Shown here: one piece after another, positions 19,816-29,420 of the stretch | Numbering within the stretch: the first letter of the stretch is position 1 | Layout: every line of letters begins with the position of its first letter | Position numbers and translations under genes: made by a program | From: an uncultured Candidatus Micrarchaeota archaeon | GTDB lineage: Archaea > Micrarchaeota > Micrarchaeia > Anstonellales > Bilamarchaeaceae | Direction of reading: 5' to 3' | NCBI GenBank assembly: GCA_963714085.1 | Contig: OY970229.1 | Location: forward strand, 736,001 to 800,000 | DNA length: 64,000 bases | The notes under the pieces: model-generated | What the model saw: only the letters and a program-made list of their open reading frames with translations | Database searches by the model: none | What the model was told of the DNA's origin: nothing

Positions 19816-20505
19816 ATGGACAAGATCAAGGCTGAGATCGCGGGCGAGATCGCGCTTTCCGACGACCCAGGCGCGACCATGAAGAAGTGGCGCGACATAT
19901 TCGGAATCCCGCAGGTTGAGCTCGCCAGGCACCTCAAGATAACCGTGTCCACCATCTCGGATTACGAGGGCAACAGGAGGAAGTCGCCCGGAGCAGGGGT
20001 CATCAAGAGGTTCGTGAACGCGCTCTTCGACATAGACCAGCTCAAGGGCGGGGTATTGACCGCTAAATTCGCGGAGAAGCAGAAGCCTGTGAGCGACTTC
20101 TTCGAGGTGCACGAGTTCGCGAGGGCGATAACGCTCCGGGACTTCGTGGGGCTCATCAAGGGCCAGGTGCTCTCCAACGAGGATTTGGTGGATTCCGGGC
20201 GGATTTACGGCTACACGCTCATAGACAGCATAAAGGTCATCCTCGAGATGCCCTTCTCCTACTTCCAGAACCTCTACGGCAACGTTAACGAGCGGGTGTT
20301 CATATTCACCGGGGTCTCGACCGGAAGGAGCCCGATGGTCGTCATCCGCGTCTCGCCGTCCAAGCCGAGCGCGGTCGTGCTCCACAACATAGACGCCTCG
20401 AAGGTCGATAGGCTCGCGGTGAAGATATCCGAGAAGGAGCGCATACCCCTTATTCTTACGAAGGCGAGCATAGAGGAGATAAAGGACGCGCTGAACAGGA
20501 TTTGA
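19816..20505 (+). CDS. Conserved archaeal XRE-HTH transcriptional regulator
   Basis: IAGEIALSDDPG...KWR...ISDYE.NRRKSPG and FTGVSTGRSPMV. Confidence 0.85.
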   Translation: MDKIKAEIAGEIALSDDPGATMKKWRDIFGIPQVELARHLKITVSTISDYEGNRRKSPGAGVIKRFVNALFDIDQLKGGVLTAKFAEKQKPVSDFFEVHEFARAITLRDFVGLIKGQVLSNEDLVDSGRIYGYTLIDSIKVILEMPFSYFQNLYGNVNERVFIFTGVSTGRSPMVVIRVSPSKPSAVVLHNIDASKVDRLAVKISEKERIPLILTKASIEEIKDALNRI

Positions 20506-20527
20506 GCCGTTTTTTAAAAGAAGTTAA

Positions 20528-20589
20528 ATTCTATTAAAAGAGTTTAAACTAAACACTAACTTTATAAAGAATATATATTCTATTAATAG
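20528..20589 (+). promoter_or_regulatory. Promoter of MNT-HEPN operon with repeated operator-like sites
   Basis: ATTCTATTAA at 20528 and 20577 flank the TTTATAAA box; second copy extends to palindrome CTATTAATAG. Confidence 0.4.
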
Positions 20590-20590
20590 T

Positions 20591-21151
20591 ATGACAAATG
20601 AGAAGCTCGACAGTTACGTGATCCTTCGATCGATGCGAATCGTGCTTTCGGAACCGGATCGGAAGTTTTCCATGGCATCGCTTGCAAAGGAGGCGAAGAT
20701 AGCTCCCAGCGCCGCGAAATATTCGCTGGAGTATATGCTCGCTGAGGGGCTGGTAAGAAAAGAAGTGATTGGCCACACGCACCAATATGCCGCTGACCTG
20801 GGGGGCTTTCTTACGCGGCAGTGGAAAATCCTGTTCTCTCTCCAGTCGATACGGAAAAGCGGGTTAGTGGATGAGATAGTGGAAAACGCGCCCCATGCGA
20901 GCAGCGTGACTCTTTATGGCAGCGTGGCCATGGGAACGGACGATGCGAAGAGCGATCTGGACATTTTAGTTATCATGGATGCCGGAAAGCCTGTTGCCGC
21001 GGGCAGGACAGCCATAGGCGGCAGGGAGCTTAACATAAGCACGTACAGTCCGATGGAATGGAGAAGGAAGGCGCAGAAGGACAAAGCGTTCTACGATAAC
21101 GTGATAATAAACTCCATAGCGCTTCATGGGGAGAAACCGGTGGTGCTGTGA
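20591..21151 (+). CDS. HTH plus minimal nucleotidyltransferase (MNT antitoxin)
   Basis: N-terminal wHTH; LYGSVAMG...SDLDI. Confidence 0.9.
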   Translation: MTNEKLDSYVILRSMRIVLSEPDRKFSMASLAKEAKIAPSAAKYSLEYMLAEGLVRKEVIGHTHQYAADLGGFLTRQWKILFSLQSIRKSGLVDEIVENAPHASSVTLYGSVAMGTDDAKSDLDILVIMDAGKPVAAGRTAIGGRELNISTYSPMEWRRKAQKDKAFYDNVIINSIALHGEKPVVL

Positions 21152-21585
21152 GCGAGGTTGCCGAGTGCTTTGTCAAAGGATTGCTGAAGAAGGGAAAACC
21201 AGACCTGGGAAAGGCCAGGCTCTCACTGAAGGTCTCGGAGCAGAATCTCGATGACGCGGCGACCCAGATCAATGCAGGGCTTGCCAAGTGGGCGTTCATA
21301 GCCGCTTACACTTCGATGTTCCACGCCGCCAGGGCGCTGCTTTACCGGGACGGGGTGAAAGAAAGGAGCCACTATTGCCTCTGCGCCTATGTCAAAGAGA
21401 AGTACCGCGGGGCGATCGAGGAGAAATACCTCAACGAGTTCAATGTCCTCAGGGAGCAAAGGCACCGCATCATGTACGGGGACGAGGGCATAAAGACAAA
21501 AGAGGTAGAAACCGTGGAGGCGGAGAGCGCGGTCGCGATAGCGAGGGGATTCCTGGAAGCGGTGAAAAAAATTATTTCGCCTTGA
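21148..21585 (+). CDS. HEPN-domain protein
   Basis: AYTSMFHAARALL...RSH...RHRIMY; 4-nt overlap with MNT gene. Confidence 0.9.
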   Translation: MSEVAECFVKGLLKKGKPDLGKARLSLKVSEQNLDDAATQINAGLAKWAFIAAYTSMFHAARALLYRDGVKERSHYCLCAYVKEKYRGAIEEKYLNEFNVLREQRHRIMYGDEGIKTKEVETVEAESAVAIARGFLEAVKKIISP

Positions 21586-22552
21586 GCAAATTCCTATACC
21601 CCGGCGTCCATTCATCGGTCTTCATGACCACTGACTCGATGTTCTTTATCACGAAGGGGAATTCCGCCTTCACCACGTCCATGAGCTCGCGGTATTCGGG
21701 ATAACCGGATACCACGATTTCCGGCTCTATGTCCCAGATGTTCCTGATGAGGTACTGGATGCCCGGGAGCCCGGACATGTGGGCCAGAAGTTTCGTCTCG
21801 TCATCGTGCGTGTACCTCTCAAGATGCATTATCGCCTTGTAGTACTCAAGCCCGAGGATTTTGAAGTTGACTCCGATGCGGTACTGGATTATCACGCCGG
21901 ACTTTTCCATCTTCTTCATCCTCGCGGAAACAGTAGCGGGATTCGAGCCCGTTTTCGAAGCGAGTTCGGTGAGCGGAATACGCGCGTTGTTCACTATCTC
22001 TCCGAGAATCGCGTGGTCCAGGCTGTCCAGTTCGCTTTCGGCCATCTCGCCCGCGAACATCACCGGCTCACGCAGCTCCCCTGTGAAATACATTTTCGGA
22101 TACTGCTTCACGTCCACCAGGACGTCGTAGAAGTTCTTCACGATTATCTTCCCGAACTCGGACATCAACTCGTTCTTGAGCGTGTAGAACTCGTAGTCGG
22201 ATTTCGCGAAAATGCCGAATATCAGGTCCCATGCGCCGTCGCACTCGCCCATCCAGTACACTATGCCGGATTTCCGCAGGTAGTCGAAGAGCTTCTGCTT
22301 CTCCTCGGCGACGTTCCTGAGCTGGAGGTAGATCTTGTATATCTTGCAGCCCATCCTGTGCGGGTTTATGGATGTGTTGAAGCTGGTTATGATGCCGCGC
22401 TCCACGAGGCGCCTGATACGGTATTCCACGCTCTGGCGGGATTTCCTCGTGAGCTTCGCGAGCCTGTTCATTGGCACGCGGCAGTTCCTGTCAAGTTCGG
22501 TTAGGATTATCCTGTCGGCCTTGTCGAGCTTTTCCTTGAATGTATGTGCCAT
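21572..22552 (-). CDS. Double Lrp/AsnC-family transcriptional regulator
   Basis: Two wHTH+RAM units (LDKADRIILTELDRNCR; LDSLDHAILGEIVNNAR). Confidence 0.9.
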   Translation of the reverse strand: MAHTFKEKLDKADRIILTELDRNCRVPMNRLAKLTRKSRQSVEYRIRRLVERGIITSFNTSINPHRMGCKIYKIYLQLRNVAEEKQKLFDYLRKSGIVYWMGECDGAWDLIFGIFAKSDYEFYTLKNELMSEFGKIIVKNFYDVLVDVKQYPKMYFTGELREPVMFAGEMAESELDSLDHAILGEIVNNARIPLTELASKTGSNPATVSARMKKMEKSGVIIQYRIGVNFKILGLEYYKAIMHLERYTHDDETKLLAHMSGLPGIQYLIRNIWDIEPEIVVSGYPEYRELMDVVKAEFPFVIKNIESVVMKTDEWTPGYRNLLKAK

Positions 22553-22703
22553 GATTTTGCTTTTTGATTAGTTTATATTATTAAACCTAACTTTTTGCCA
22601 AGAATTTCAACCACTAATTAATATATAAGTTCAGACACGACTAATACACGAACAACCACAGATAACTGTGGTGTTCACGAGAGACGATTGAGAGGTGTTG
22701 GAT

Positions 22704-23576
22704 ATGGTTGACACGACAAAGAAGCTTGCAGACCCGCTTCCACAACAAGTGGCAGTGACGCAAGCAAAGAACGGATTCCGGGGGAAGGCGCCAATGTCAG
22801 AGGATGGCACCAGATTCGATTTCACGGCATTGATGTGGAACGTGTGCAAGACGGGTAAGCAAATGCCGAGGGATTGCACCGATTCCGATGGACTGAAAGT
22901 TACGGCACTGTTCTATGAGAGAAATTGCAGTATTGATAAAATTGTCGCACTTGGGAAGCCGGCAGTCAAACCGCTCATTGCGCATTTTCTTTTTGAGGAC
23001 CTTGACCATCCTTACCGGTATCTGAATTATGGGTCATATATGATACATATTTACGCGGCAAAAGCGCTCGGACGGCTTGGCGATAAGGAAGCAGTCGGGC
23101 CACTGATTGAGGGGCTTAAACACCCGTACGTGGAGATGCAGTACATTTCGGCGATTGCGCTCGGGGAGATTGGCGATGTCGCAGCGCTTCATCCGCTGAT
23201 TGCATTGCTTAAAAGCTCGTGTGAAGGCTTGGTGATCAATGCAATGGACGCGCTCGTACGGCTTGGCGATAAGGAAGCGGTAGAACCACTGATCGGATTG
23301 TTTAGACATAAAGAGTGTCACGTACGAGAACATGCAGTATGGGCGCTCGGGCGCTTGGGGAAACCTGCGGTCAAGCCGCTAATCAGGATACTGAAGAATC
23401 CTAGCAGGGGTATGCGGAGGGCATGGTCGGCGGAAACACTCGGATGGATCGGGAATAAGGAAGCGGTCGGGCCGCTGCTTGGGGCGCTTAAGGACCCAGA
23501 CATACATGTAATGAAAGCAGCTGCGGAAGCGCTCACGAGATTAATCGGTCAGGATTACCCTATCGGTCCTGACTAG
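22704..23576 (+). CDS. HEAT (PBS-lyase-type) repeat protein
   Basis: Repeated ALGRLGDKEAVxPLI units; GAGGTG RBS. Confidence 0.9.
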   Translation: MVDTTKKLADPLPQQVAVTQAKNGFRGKAPMSEDGTRFDFTALMWNVCKTGKQMPRDCTDSDGLKVTALFYERNCSIDKIVALGKPAVKPLIAHFLFEDLDHPYRYLNYGSYMIHIYAAKALGRLGDKEAVGPLIEGLKHPYVEMQYISAIALGEIGDVAALHPLIALLKSSCEGLVINAMDALVRLGDKEAVEPLIGLFRHKECHVREHAVWALGRLGKPAVKPLIRILKNPSRGMRRAWSAETLGWIGNKEAVGPLLGALKDPDIHVMKAAAEALTRLIGQDYPIGPD

Positions 23577-23618
23577 CTTTTTTCTTGAAGTCGTATGCCA
23601 TGATTTTGCTTTTTGATT
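23545..23618 (-). pseudogene. Relic 5' end and leader of a second Lrp gene
   Basis: Diverged copy of 22497-22569 with a 23-nt identical core; reads MAYDFKKKLVRTDRVILT after removing one base, versus MAHTFKEKLDKADRIILT. Confidence 0.75.
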
Positions 23619-23699
23619 GAAAATGTTTAAATAATCATCTTTTTAGCTCATTTTTTCAAATTAACTTTATTATGTACCAACTTCCATATTTTATCACAT

Positions 23700-24869
23700 A
23701 TGGAGGTTGACGACGTGCGAACCAAGAAACTTATGTTCCCGGAAGTGAAACCGGTCTTCACCGGTCTAAAAGTTCCTGCAGGTTTCGTCAACGATGTCCG
23801 CGGATGGACTTTCGGCCGCCTGGAAGTCGAAGATGCAGCGAAGAACGGAAAGCTGCTCACTATGGACATAGACATGGCCGGCAAAGGGGCCTGCAGCCTG
23901 AGATGCGGGCACTGCTTCCGCAGGACCGCGGAGTTCAAGAACGAAAAGCGGATGGATTTTGCCGAACTGACGGCACACCTGCGTGAAGCGAAGGGGCTCG
24001 GCCTGCGGAGCGTCAAGCTGATCGGGCCGGGAGAGCCGCTCGAGGACAGGGGCTTGCTGGGTTTCCTCAGGATGCTTCGTGAGATGGATATTACTCCCCT
24101 CGTATTCACCAAGGGGCACGTACTCGGAGACGACGATTTTTCGCAGGGCCGCCATGGGATGGATGGACAGGCTCTCTGCGCGGCACTCAAGGACCTCGAT
24201 ACTTCCATCCTCCTTGGCACGACCTCGTTCGACCCGGCGACCGAAGACGCGATTGTCGGCCGCCGGAGTTACCATGAGAGAAGGCACATGGCGATAGAGC
24301 GGATATGCGAGGCGGGTTTCAATGCTTTCACCCAGAACCAACCGACGCGGCTCGCTTTCGTCTGCACGCCCGTCACTCCGCTTAACATAGACGAAGCGTT
24401 CGCGATATACGAGTTCGCGCGCGCAATCCACGCCCAGCCAATACTGGCTCCGACCATGGTCGCCGGGAGGGCGCTCGACAGGCTCTGCGACATGATTCCC
24501 TCCCCAGAAGACCTCGTAGAGCTGTATGTGAAGATAAACCTCTTCAATATCGAGCACGGCATCACGACGCTGGAGGAGATCGGTTCTGTCGGCATCACCG
24601 CTTACTCGGGTGCCGCGCCGTGCAACCAGGTCGCCGTGGGCCTGTTCCTCCGCGGGGATGGAAAGGTCCTCAGATGCCCGGGGGACGACATCAGCATCCA
24701 GGGGGACCTGCGCGAGCGCTCGCTCCGGGAGATCTGGGAGAAGAGCGAGAATCGCCGTATCTATGCCGGACAGTACAACAACGGATGCCCTCCGAAGAAG
24801 GACGTATCATTCCCCGTAGGGTTCTTTGAAACCGTGCTGGAGCGGGTGAAGGCGCACTTCGTGCAATGA
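23700..24869 (+). CDS. Radical SAM protein with SPASM/twitch-like C-terminus
   Basis: CSLRCGHC, GPGEP, CNQ...DGKVLRC...GDL...LREIW. Confidence 0.9.
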   Translation: MEVDDVRTKKLMFPEVKPVFTGLKVPAGFVNDVRGWTFGRLEVEDAAKNGKLLTMDIDMAGKGACSLRCGHCFRRTAEFKNEKRMDFAELTAHLREAKGLGLRSVKLIGPGEPLEDRGLLGFLRMLREMDITPLVFTKGHVLGDDDFSQGRHGMDGQALCAALKDLDTSILLGTTSFDPATEDAIVGRRSYHERRHMAIERICEAGFNAFTQNQPTRLAFVCTPVTPLNIDEAFAIYEFARAIHAQPILAPTMVAGRALDRLCDMIPSPEDLVELYVKINLFNIEHGITTLEEIGSVGITAYSGAAPCNQVAVGLFLRGDGKVLRCPGDDISIQGDLRERSLREIWEKSENRRIYAGQYNNGCPPKKDVSFPVGFFETVLERVKAHFVQ

Positions 24870-24918
24870 GCGGCAAAGCGAAAATATTTATATAACCTGA
24901 GCCCACATATGATTCCTT

Positions 24919-26544
24919 ATGTCTGAGAAAAAAACTAAGTACATAGTCATAACCGGGTCAATAATGTCCGGGCTCGGCAAGGGGATAGTGACGTCCTCCC
25001 TGGGGAGGCTTCTTGAGGCGCGCGGCTATCACGTCGTGCCGGTAAAATTCGACGGCTACCTGAATGTGGACTGCGGGACGATGAACCCCTTCAGGCACGG
25101 CGAGGTCTTCGTGCTGGACGACGGCACTGAAGTCGACATGGATTTCGGCACTTATGAGCGTTTTCTCAACACCTCCATGTCAGGCACTTCTTCCATAACC
25201 GGGGGCAAGCTGTTCCAGCGCATAATAGAGAAGGAGCGCAGGGGCGAATACCTGGGAAGGGACGTCCAGTTCGTGCCCCATCTGACAGACGAGATAAAGA
25301 AATGGGTGATGGGCGTCGCGAAGGAGAAGGACGCGGACATAGTCCTGGTGGAGGTCGGCGGCACGGCCGGGGACCTCGAGAATGGCTATTTCCTCGAAGC
25401 GATGAGGCAGCTGCGCTTCGAGCACGACCAGCTGATTTTTGTTCAGCTCACCTACGTGCCTTCGCTGAGCCCTGGCGAGCAGAAGACCAAGCCCACGCAG
25501 CACGCGAGCAGGCTGCTCCAGTCCATGGGGATCCAGCCGAGCATCATAATCACGCGCGAGCAGGAGAACCTCACAGAGGAGTCGCGCAAGAAGATCGCAC
25601 AATACTGCAACGTGCAGGAGGGCTGCGTCTTCGACGACCCGGTGGTGCGCACGGTGTACGACCTGCCGCTCGCATTCGAGAAGCAGAACATCTACGTCCA
25701 GATCGCGAACGCGCTCGGGCTCGATCCGAAGCGCGATGCCGAGCTTTCGGAATGGAAGACGCTCGTGAGGAAGATAGCCGAGCCGAAGAACGGACCGCTC
25801 AAGATAGCCATTGTGGGCAAGTACATCGCGGTGAAGGACGCTTACGTGAGTGTCAAGGAAGCATTGGTGCATTCCGCGGCTGCTATAGACTGCGGGCTGG
25901 AAATAGGATGGATAGAGGCGAGCGACCTGGAAGGGAAGGATGTCGATGTCGCTAAAATGCTCGCGAAATACGATGGCGTAATAGTGCCCGGCGGGTTCGG
26001 CGAACGCGGAATAGAAGGGAAGATACGCGCGATTGAATATGCGCGCAAAAACAAGGTCCCCTATCTCGGATTGTGCCTCGGCGTGCAGCTCATGGTCGTG
26101 GAATGGGCGAGGAATGTTGCGGGAATGAAGGACGCGCACAGCACGGAGTTCAGCAAGAACACGACAAGCCCGGTAATAGATTTCCTGCCTGAGCAGAAGC
26201 AGATATCGCGCATGGGCGGGACCATGCGGCTCGGCGCGTATGATGCCATCCTGAAAAAGGGTACGCGGGCTTACAACGCTTACAAAACCGATTCCGTTTC
26301 CGAGCGCCACAGGCACAGGTACGAGGCGAACCCGGATTTCGTTGAAAGGCTGGAGAAATCAGGGCTGATAATATCCGGGGTGCACCCGAAGAACAACGTC
26401 GTCGAGGTCGTGGAATGGCCGGGCGAGCAGTTCGGCGTCGCGACCCAGGCGCACATAGAGCTGAAATCGAGGCTGGAGACCCCTGCCCCGCTCTTCGTGG
26501 CGTTCATGAAGGCGGCTAAAGAGTACGAGGATAAGAGGAAGTAA
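24919..26544 (+). CDS. pyrG: CTP synthase
   Basis: SGLGKG, GTMNPFRHGEVFV, KTKPTQH, GLCLG, ERHRHRYE. Confidence 0.98.
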   Translation: MSEKKTKYIVITGSIMSGLGKGIVTSSLGRLLEARGYHVVPVKFDGYLNVDCGTMNPFRHGEVFVLDDGTEVDMDFGTYERFLNTSMSGTSSITGGKLFQRIIEKERRGEYLGRDVQFVPHLTDEIKKWVMGVAKEKDADIVLVEVGGTAGDLENGYFLEAMRQLRFEHDQLIFVQLTYVPSLSPGEQKTKPTQHASRLLQSMGIQPSIIITREQENLTEESRKKIAQYCNVQEGCVFDDPVVRTVYDLPLAFEKQNIYVQIANALGLDPKRDAELSEWKTLVRKIAEPKNGPLKIAIVGKYIAVKDAYVSVKEALVHSAAAIDCGLEIGWIEASDLEGKDVDVAKMLAKYDGVIVPGGFGERGIEGKIRAIEYARKNKVPYLGLCLGVQLMVVEWARNVAGMKDAHSTEFSKNTTSPVIDFLPEQKQISRMGGTMRLGAYDAILKKGTRAYNAYKTDSVSERHRHRYEANPDFVERLEKSGLIISGVHPKNNVVEVVEWPGEQFGVATQAHIELKSRLETPAPLFVAFMKAAKEYEDKRK

Positions 26545-28050
26545 TTACTCGCTCATCCTTTTTATGTCCTGGAAATCCCCATGCGTGGCGAACCTGGCCA
26601 GGTCCATGGCGAGTTCGGTGGCATACCTTACGTACACCTCGCGGGCCTGTTTGCGGATGCTGCGTTCGAGTTCAGGAGGCCGCTTAGTGCGGCTCTCGAC
26701 TACTCTGATGATGCCGTCCACGACTTCGGTGAAGACCACCGCGCTCATCTTTATCTCTTTCCTGGAGGTGCCACGCACGAGGTCTTCTGCGCTGAGCTTA
26801 TGAGTCTGCATGGCTTCCGGAACTTCCAGGCGGGTCCAGCTGCTGAACCAGTCGCCGCCCACGCAGTAATCGCGCTCCAGGGGCACCTCGGTATGCGCAT
26901 CCGAGCCGAAGCTCTGCCCGAGCCCGAACCTATCCGTGAGTTCCGCGGCCACGAGCATGTTGCAGAGGTTGGCGGAGAGTTTCATGTCCTGCGGGACGCC
27001 AAGCGCTGAGGCATGTTTGGCGAGTAGCGCCAGCATCGTCTCTTTGAATTCGGGTGACTCGAAGGACATCTCTCCCATGTGGATCGAATCGTTCCAGCGT
27101 TCCACGAAATCGGTCCTAGCAGCGTATTCCATCGCCTGCTCGTAAGTGATATGCCCGTGCTCGACCGCGCTGAACAGCCCGACGCCCCTTATGGGCAACG
27201 AAGGACTGTTGAAATTCACCGGGTGCGCGATGCCAACAATTGCGTCGTGGCTCGCCCGCAGCGGTTCCAACGCGCGATACATTTCGTCCATGGTCATGCC
27301 AAGGAAATAAGAGGGCATTTTGAGCGACTTGTCCCCGTGCTCGAGTATGTTTTTCATGACATGCCTTGCCGCCTTGTAGTCGGCTGCGATCACTATGTGG
27401 TGCGGGCCGCTCGGGTGGTGGGGCAGCAGCGGCATGGTCATCTCGGTTGCGATCGGAGCCACCATGCCGAACTCCCTTAGGAACGGTCCCATCTTATCGC
27501 TGTTGCTGGCTCCGCATGAGTTGTGCATCGTGGGCACGAAGAAGTCCACATGATGGAGGAGCGCCCTGCGTATGGAAGACGCGACGTGCGAGACGCCGTC
27601 GTCATGGGCTTTGGAGCCGTTTATTATGCGGCCCATGTGGTCATGGACCTGCATGCGGTGGGCTGTCTTGAGGCTGGCCAATCTCGAAAGTTCCACGGCA
27701 ATCCCTTCGGCTATCACGTCCGGTTTGCCGCTTTTCTCAGAGAAGGTCCTCTTGAAATATTGTTCTGCGCGCGTGAGGCGGCCGGCTACCGCGTCCTCCC
27801 GCGGATTGGAGGCGAGCACGCTGACCGTGTCCCGGCACTCGTCCCTTGTCACGAATACCGCGAAAATAGGCTTTCCGTTGTCCCTGTTGAGGATATGGAT
27901 GTCCTCGTTCGGGTATGCGAGCGGCTGGCATTTCCACTTCGCCATGGATGACACGATGCCTGTGGTATCAGCCTTGGCGAAGCCTTTGTCCCTGAGGGCT
28001 AAGTCAATCGCGGATGCGAGACGATCCTTGAATGCCAATCTTGCTGCCAT
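26545..28050 (-). CDS. PHP-family metallo-phosphoesterase-like protein with N-terminal extension
   Basis: Ordered motifs VHDH, TMHN, TEM, HH, AHP, ERWN, GSDAH. Confidence 0.7.
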   Translation of the reverse strand: MAARLAFKDRLASAIDLALRDKGFAKADTTGIVSSMAKWKCQPLAYPNEDIHILNRDNGKPIFAVFVTRDECRDTVSVLASNPREDAVAGRLTRAEQYFKRTFSEKSGKPDVIAEGIAVELSRLASLKTAHRMQVHDHMGRIINGSKAHDDGVSHVASSIRRALLHHVDFFVPTMHNSCGASNSDKMGPFLREFGMVAPIATEMTMPLLPHHPSGPHHIVIAADYKAARHVMKNILEHGDKSLKMPSYFLGMTMDEMYRALEPLRASHDAIVGIAHPVNFNSPSLPIRGVGLFSAVEHGHITYEQAMEYAARTDFVERWNDSIHMGEMSFESPEFKETMLALLAKHASALGVPQDMKLSANLCNMLVAAELTDRFGLGQSFGSDAHTEVPLERDYCVGGDWFSSWTRLEVPEAMQTHKLSAEDLVRGTSRKEIKMSAVVFTEVVDGIIRVVESRTKRPPELERSIRKQAREVYVRYATELAMDLARFATHGDFQDIKRMSE

Positions 28051-28140
28051 TTCCTCCCCAGGGTAGACCTTTGTCTGTATATATTATGGTAGAAAGAGTA
28101 TTAAAACGGATTGGTGGGAGGTGTTTTGCCGTGGATTAGG

Positions 28141-28259
28141 AAAAAAGTCCGCTGCTGCCGCTTCGTCGAGTCGGTGATACCCGGCGACTCCTCTCTTCGG
28201 CGGGGGATCCGCTGGGCGGAGAGGAATGCACGCGGCAGCGCGGATAGCTGGTCACCATG
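28141..28259 (-). ncRNA. Unassigned structured small RNA
   Basis: GC-rich stretch in AT-rich spacer; 13-bp closing stem, internal stems, TATA upstream and U6 tract downstream on the minus strand. Confidence 0.55.
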
Positions 28260-28441
28260 GTATTATATACAAACAAACATCTTTTAAAACCATATGTTGT
28301 GCTATTTAACAACAAAATAAGAAAATGCTGCGGGGATGTATTGTTTTCAGCCGTTTTCCTGTAGTGGCCTGTTTTTCCTTCGGGCAAGGCTCCCATTCGC
28401 TTTTTATTTATTACCCGTCAAATGGTTTCTACTCTGGTCTA

Positions 28442-28513
28442 GGGCCCGTAGTCGAATGGTAAGACGCTACCTTGACATGGTATAGATTAGGGGTTCGATT
28501 CCTCTCGGGCCCA
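28442..28513 (+). tRNA. tRNA-Val(GAC), CCA not encoded
   Basis: GGGCCCG/CGGGCCC acceptor stem, anticodon loop TTGACAT, T-arm AGGGG TTCGATT CCTCT. Confidence 0.95.
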
Positions 28514-28524
28514 TTGGAAAAAAA

Positions 28525-29127
28525 TCAGCGTGAGCCAGGCAGTTCGTCCCTGAAATCCCTTTCCGAGGCCCAACCCGGTATGGTCCAGCCTGGGATGGTC
28601 CCGTGCTTTATGTTGGCTTCGGTCAGCACCTTTTCAGCCAGAAACCGGACTACGGACTGGTGCGAGCTCATCATCTTCCGCAGTATGGCGAGGTGCTCAT
28701 GGCTGTTGGGGCAGTCGTCCTGCGCCTTCATGACGTCTATGCGCCTCACGGCGAATTCAAACGCAGCCTTGACGTGCGGAGAGCGTATGCCGCTGCCGAT
28801 CATCCTCTTGAGCAACGGCAGCGCCTTTACCATGCCGAGCTCCGCGATCACGTGGGCCGCGGCGCATCTTGTTAGGCTGGACTGATCCGGTTTCAGCAGC
28901 GCGAGCATCCTCGTCCTTTCCGGACCGGTAAGGGCCCTGGAGCATATGTGATCTTCGGGGTCGAAGCGGCGCTGGGCCGTGCGGTGCGCTTTGAAGCGGA
29001 ATGCTTTCTCTATGCGGTCCAGATGCGGGGGATGCGGCCGTGGCTCTGGATGCGCATGGCGCTTAAGGGAGGAGATCGCCAGGCGCGGATGGGCGAAACG
29101 TGCCACTGACTGGGTGTAATGAGTCAT
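28525..29127 (-). CDS. Hypothetical protein with HEAT-like helices
   Basis: TRCAAAHVIAELGMVKALPLL and SVVRFLAEKVL. Confidence 0.6.
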   Translation of the reverse strand: MTHYTQSVARFAHPRLAISSLKRHAHPEPRPHPPHLDRIEKAFRFKAHRTAQRRFDPEDHICSRALTGPERTRMLALLKPDQSSLTRCAAAHVIAELGMVKALPLLKRMIGSGIRSPHVKAAFEFAVRRIDVMKAQDDCPNSHEHLAILRKMMSSHQSVVRFLAEKVLTEANIKHGTIPGWTIPGWASERDFRDELPGSR

Positions 29128-29177
29128 ATAAGTATAATGATTGTAACTGAATATAAACCTATCTGACGGAGACGACG

Positions 29178-29420
29178 TCAGAACGCGACGTGCCTTTCCC
29201 AGTGCCCTTCGCGGGGCTTCAACGCCGAGCGCTTCAGGACAAGGGAGGCGCGGTTCTTCACTGCCGAGTTGGGATCGTGCTCGAGCACGTATTCCAAAGC
29301 CAGGATGGAAAGCTGGTCGCCTGCCTGCGCACGCCTATGGAGCATCCTGAGGCCTTCCATCCTCTTGAGCACCGCTTTCACGGATAGCAAATGCATAGCC
29401 TGCCTGAATTCAATGTCCAT
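29178..29420 (-). CDS. Small HEAT-like protein
   Basis: LEYVLEHDPNSAVKNRASLVL. Confidence 0.55.
   Translation of the reverse strand: MDIEFRQAMHLLSVKAVLKRMEGLRMLHRRAQAGDQLSILALEYVLEHDPNSAVKNRASLVLKRSALKPREGHWERHVAF

Noticed and set aside
23700..24869. Viperin-like role for the radical SAM next to CTP synthase
   Set aside because: Lacks viperin motifs and has a SPASM/twitch-type C-terminus
28136..28260. RNase P, SRP or 5S identity for the structured RNA (AGGAAAAAAGTCC resembles GAGGAAAGTCC)
   Set aside because: Other conserved regions are absent and the length is too short for RNase P; no SRP helix 8 or 5S loop motifs
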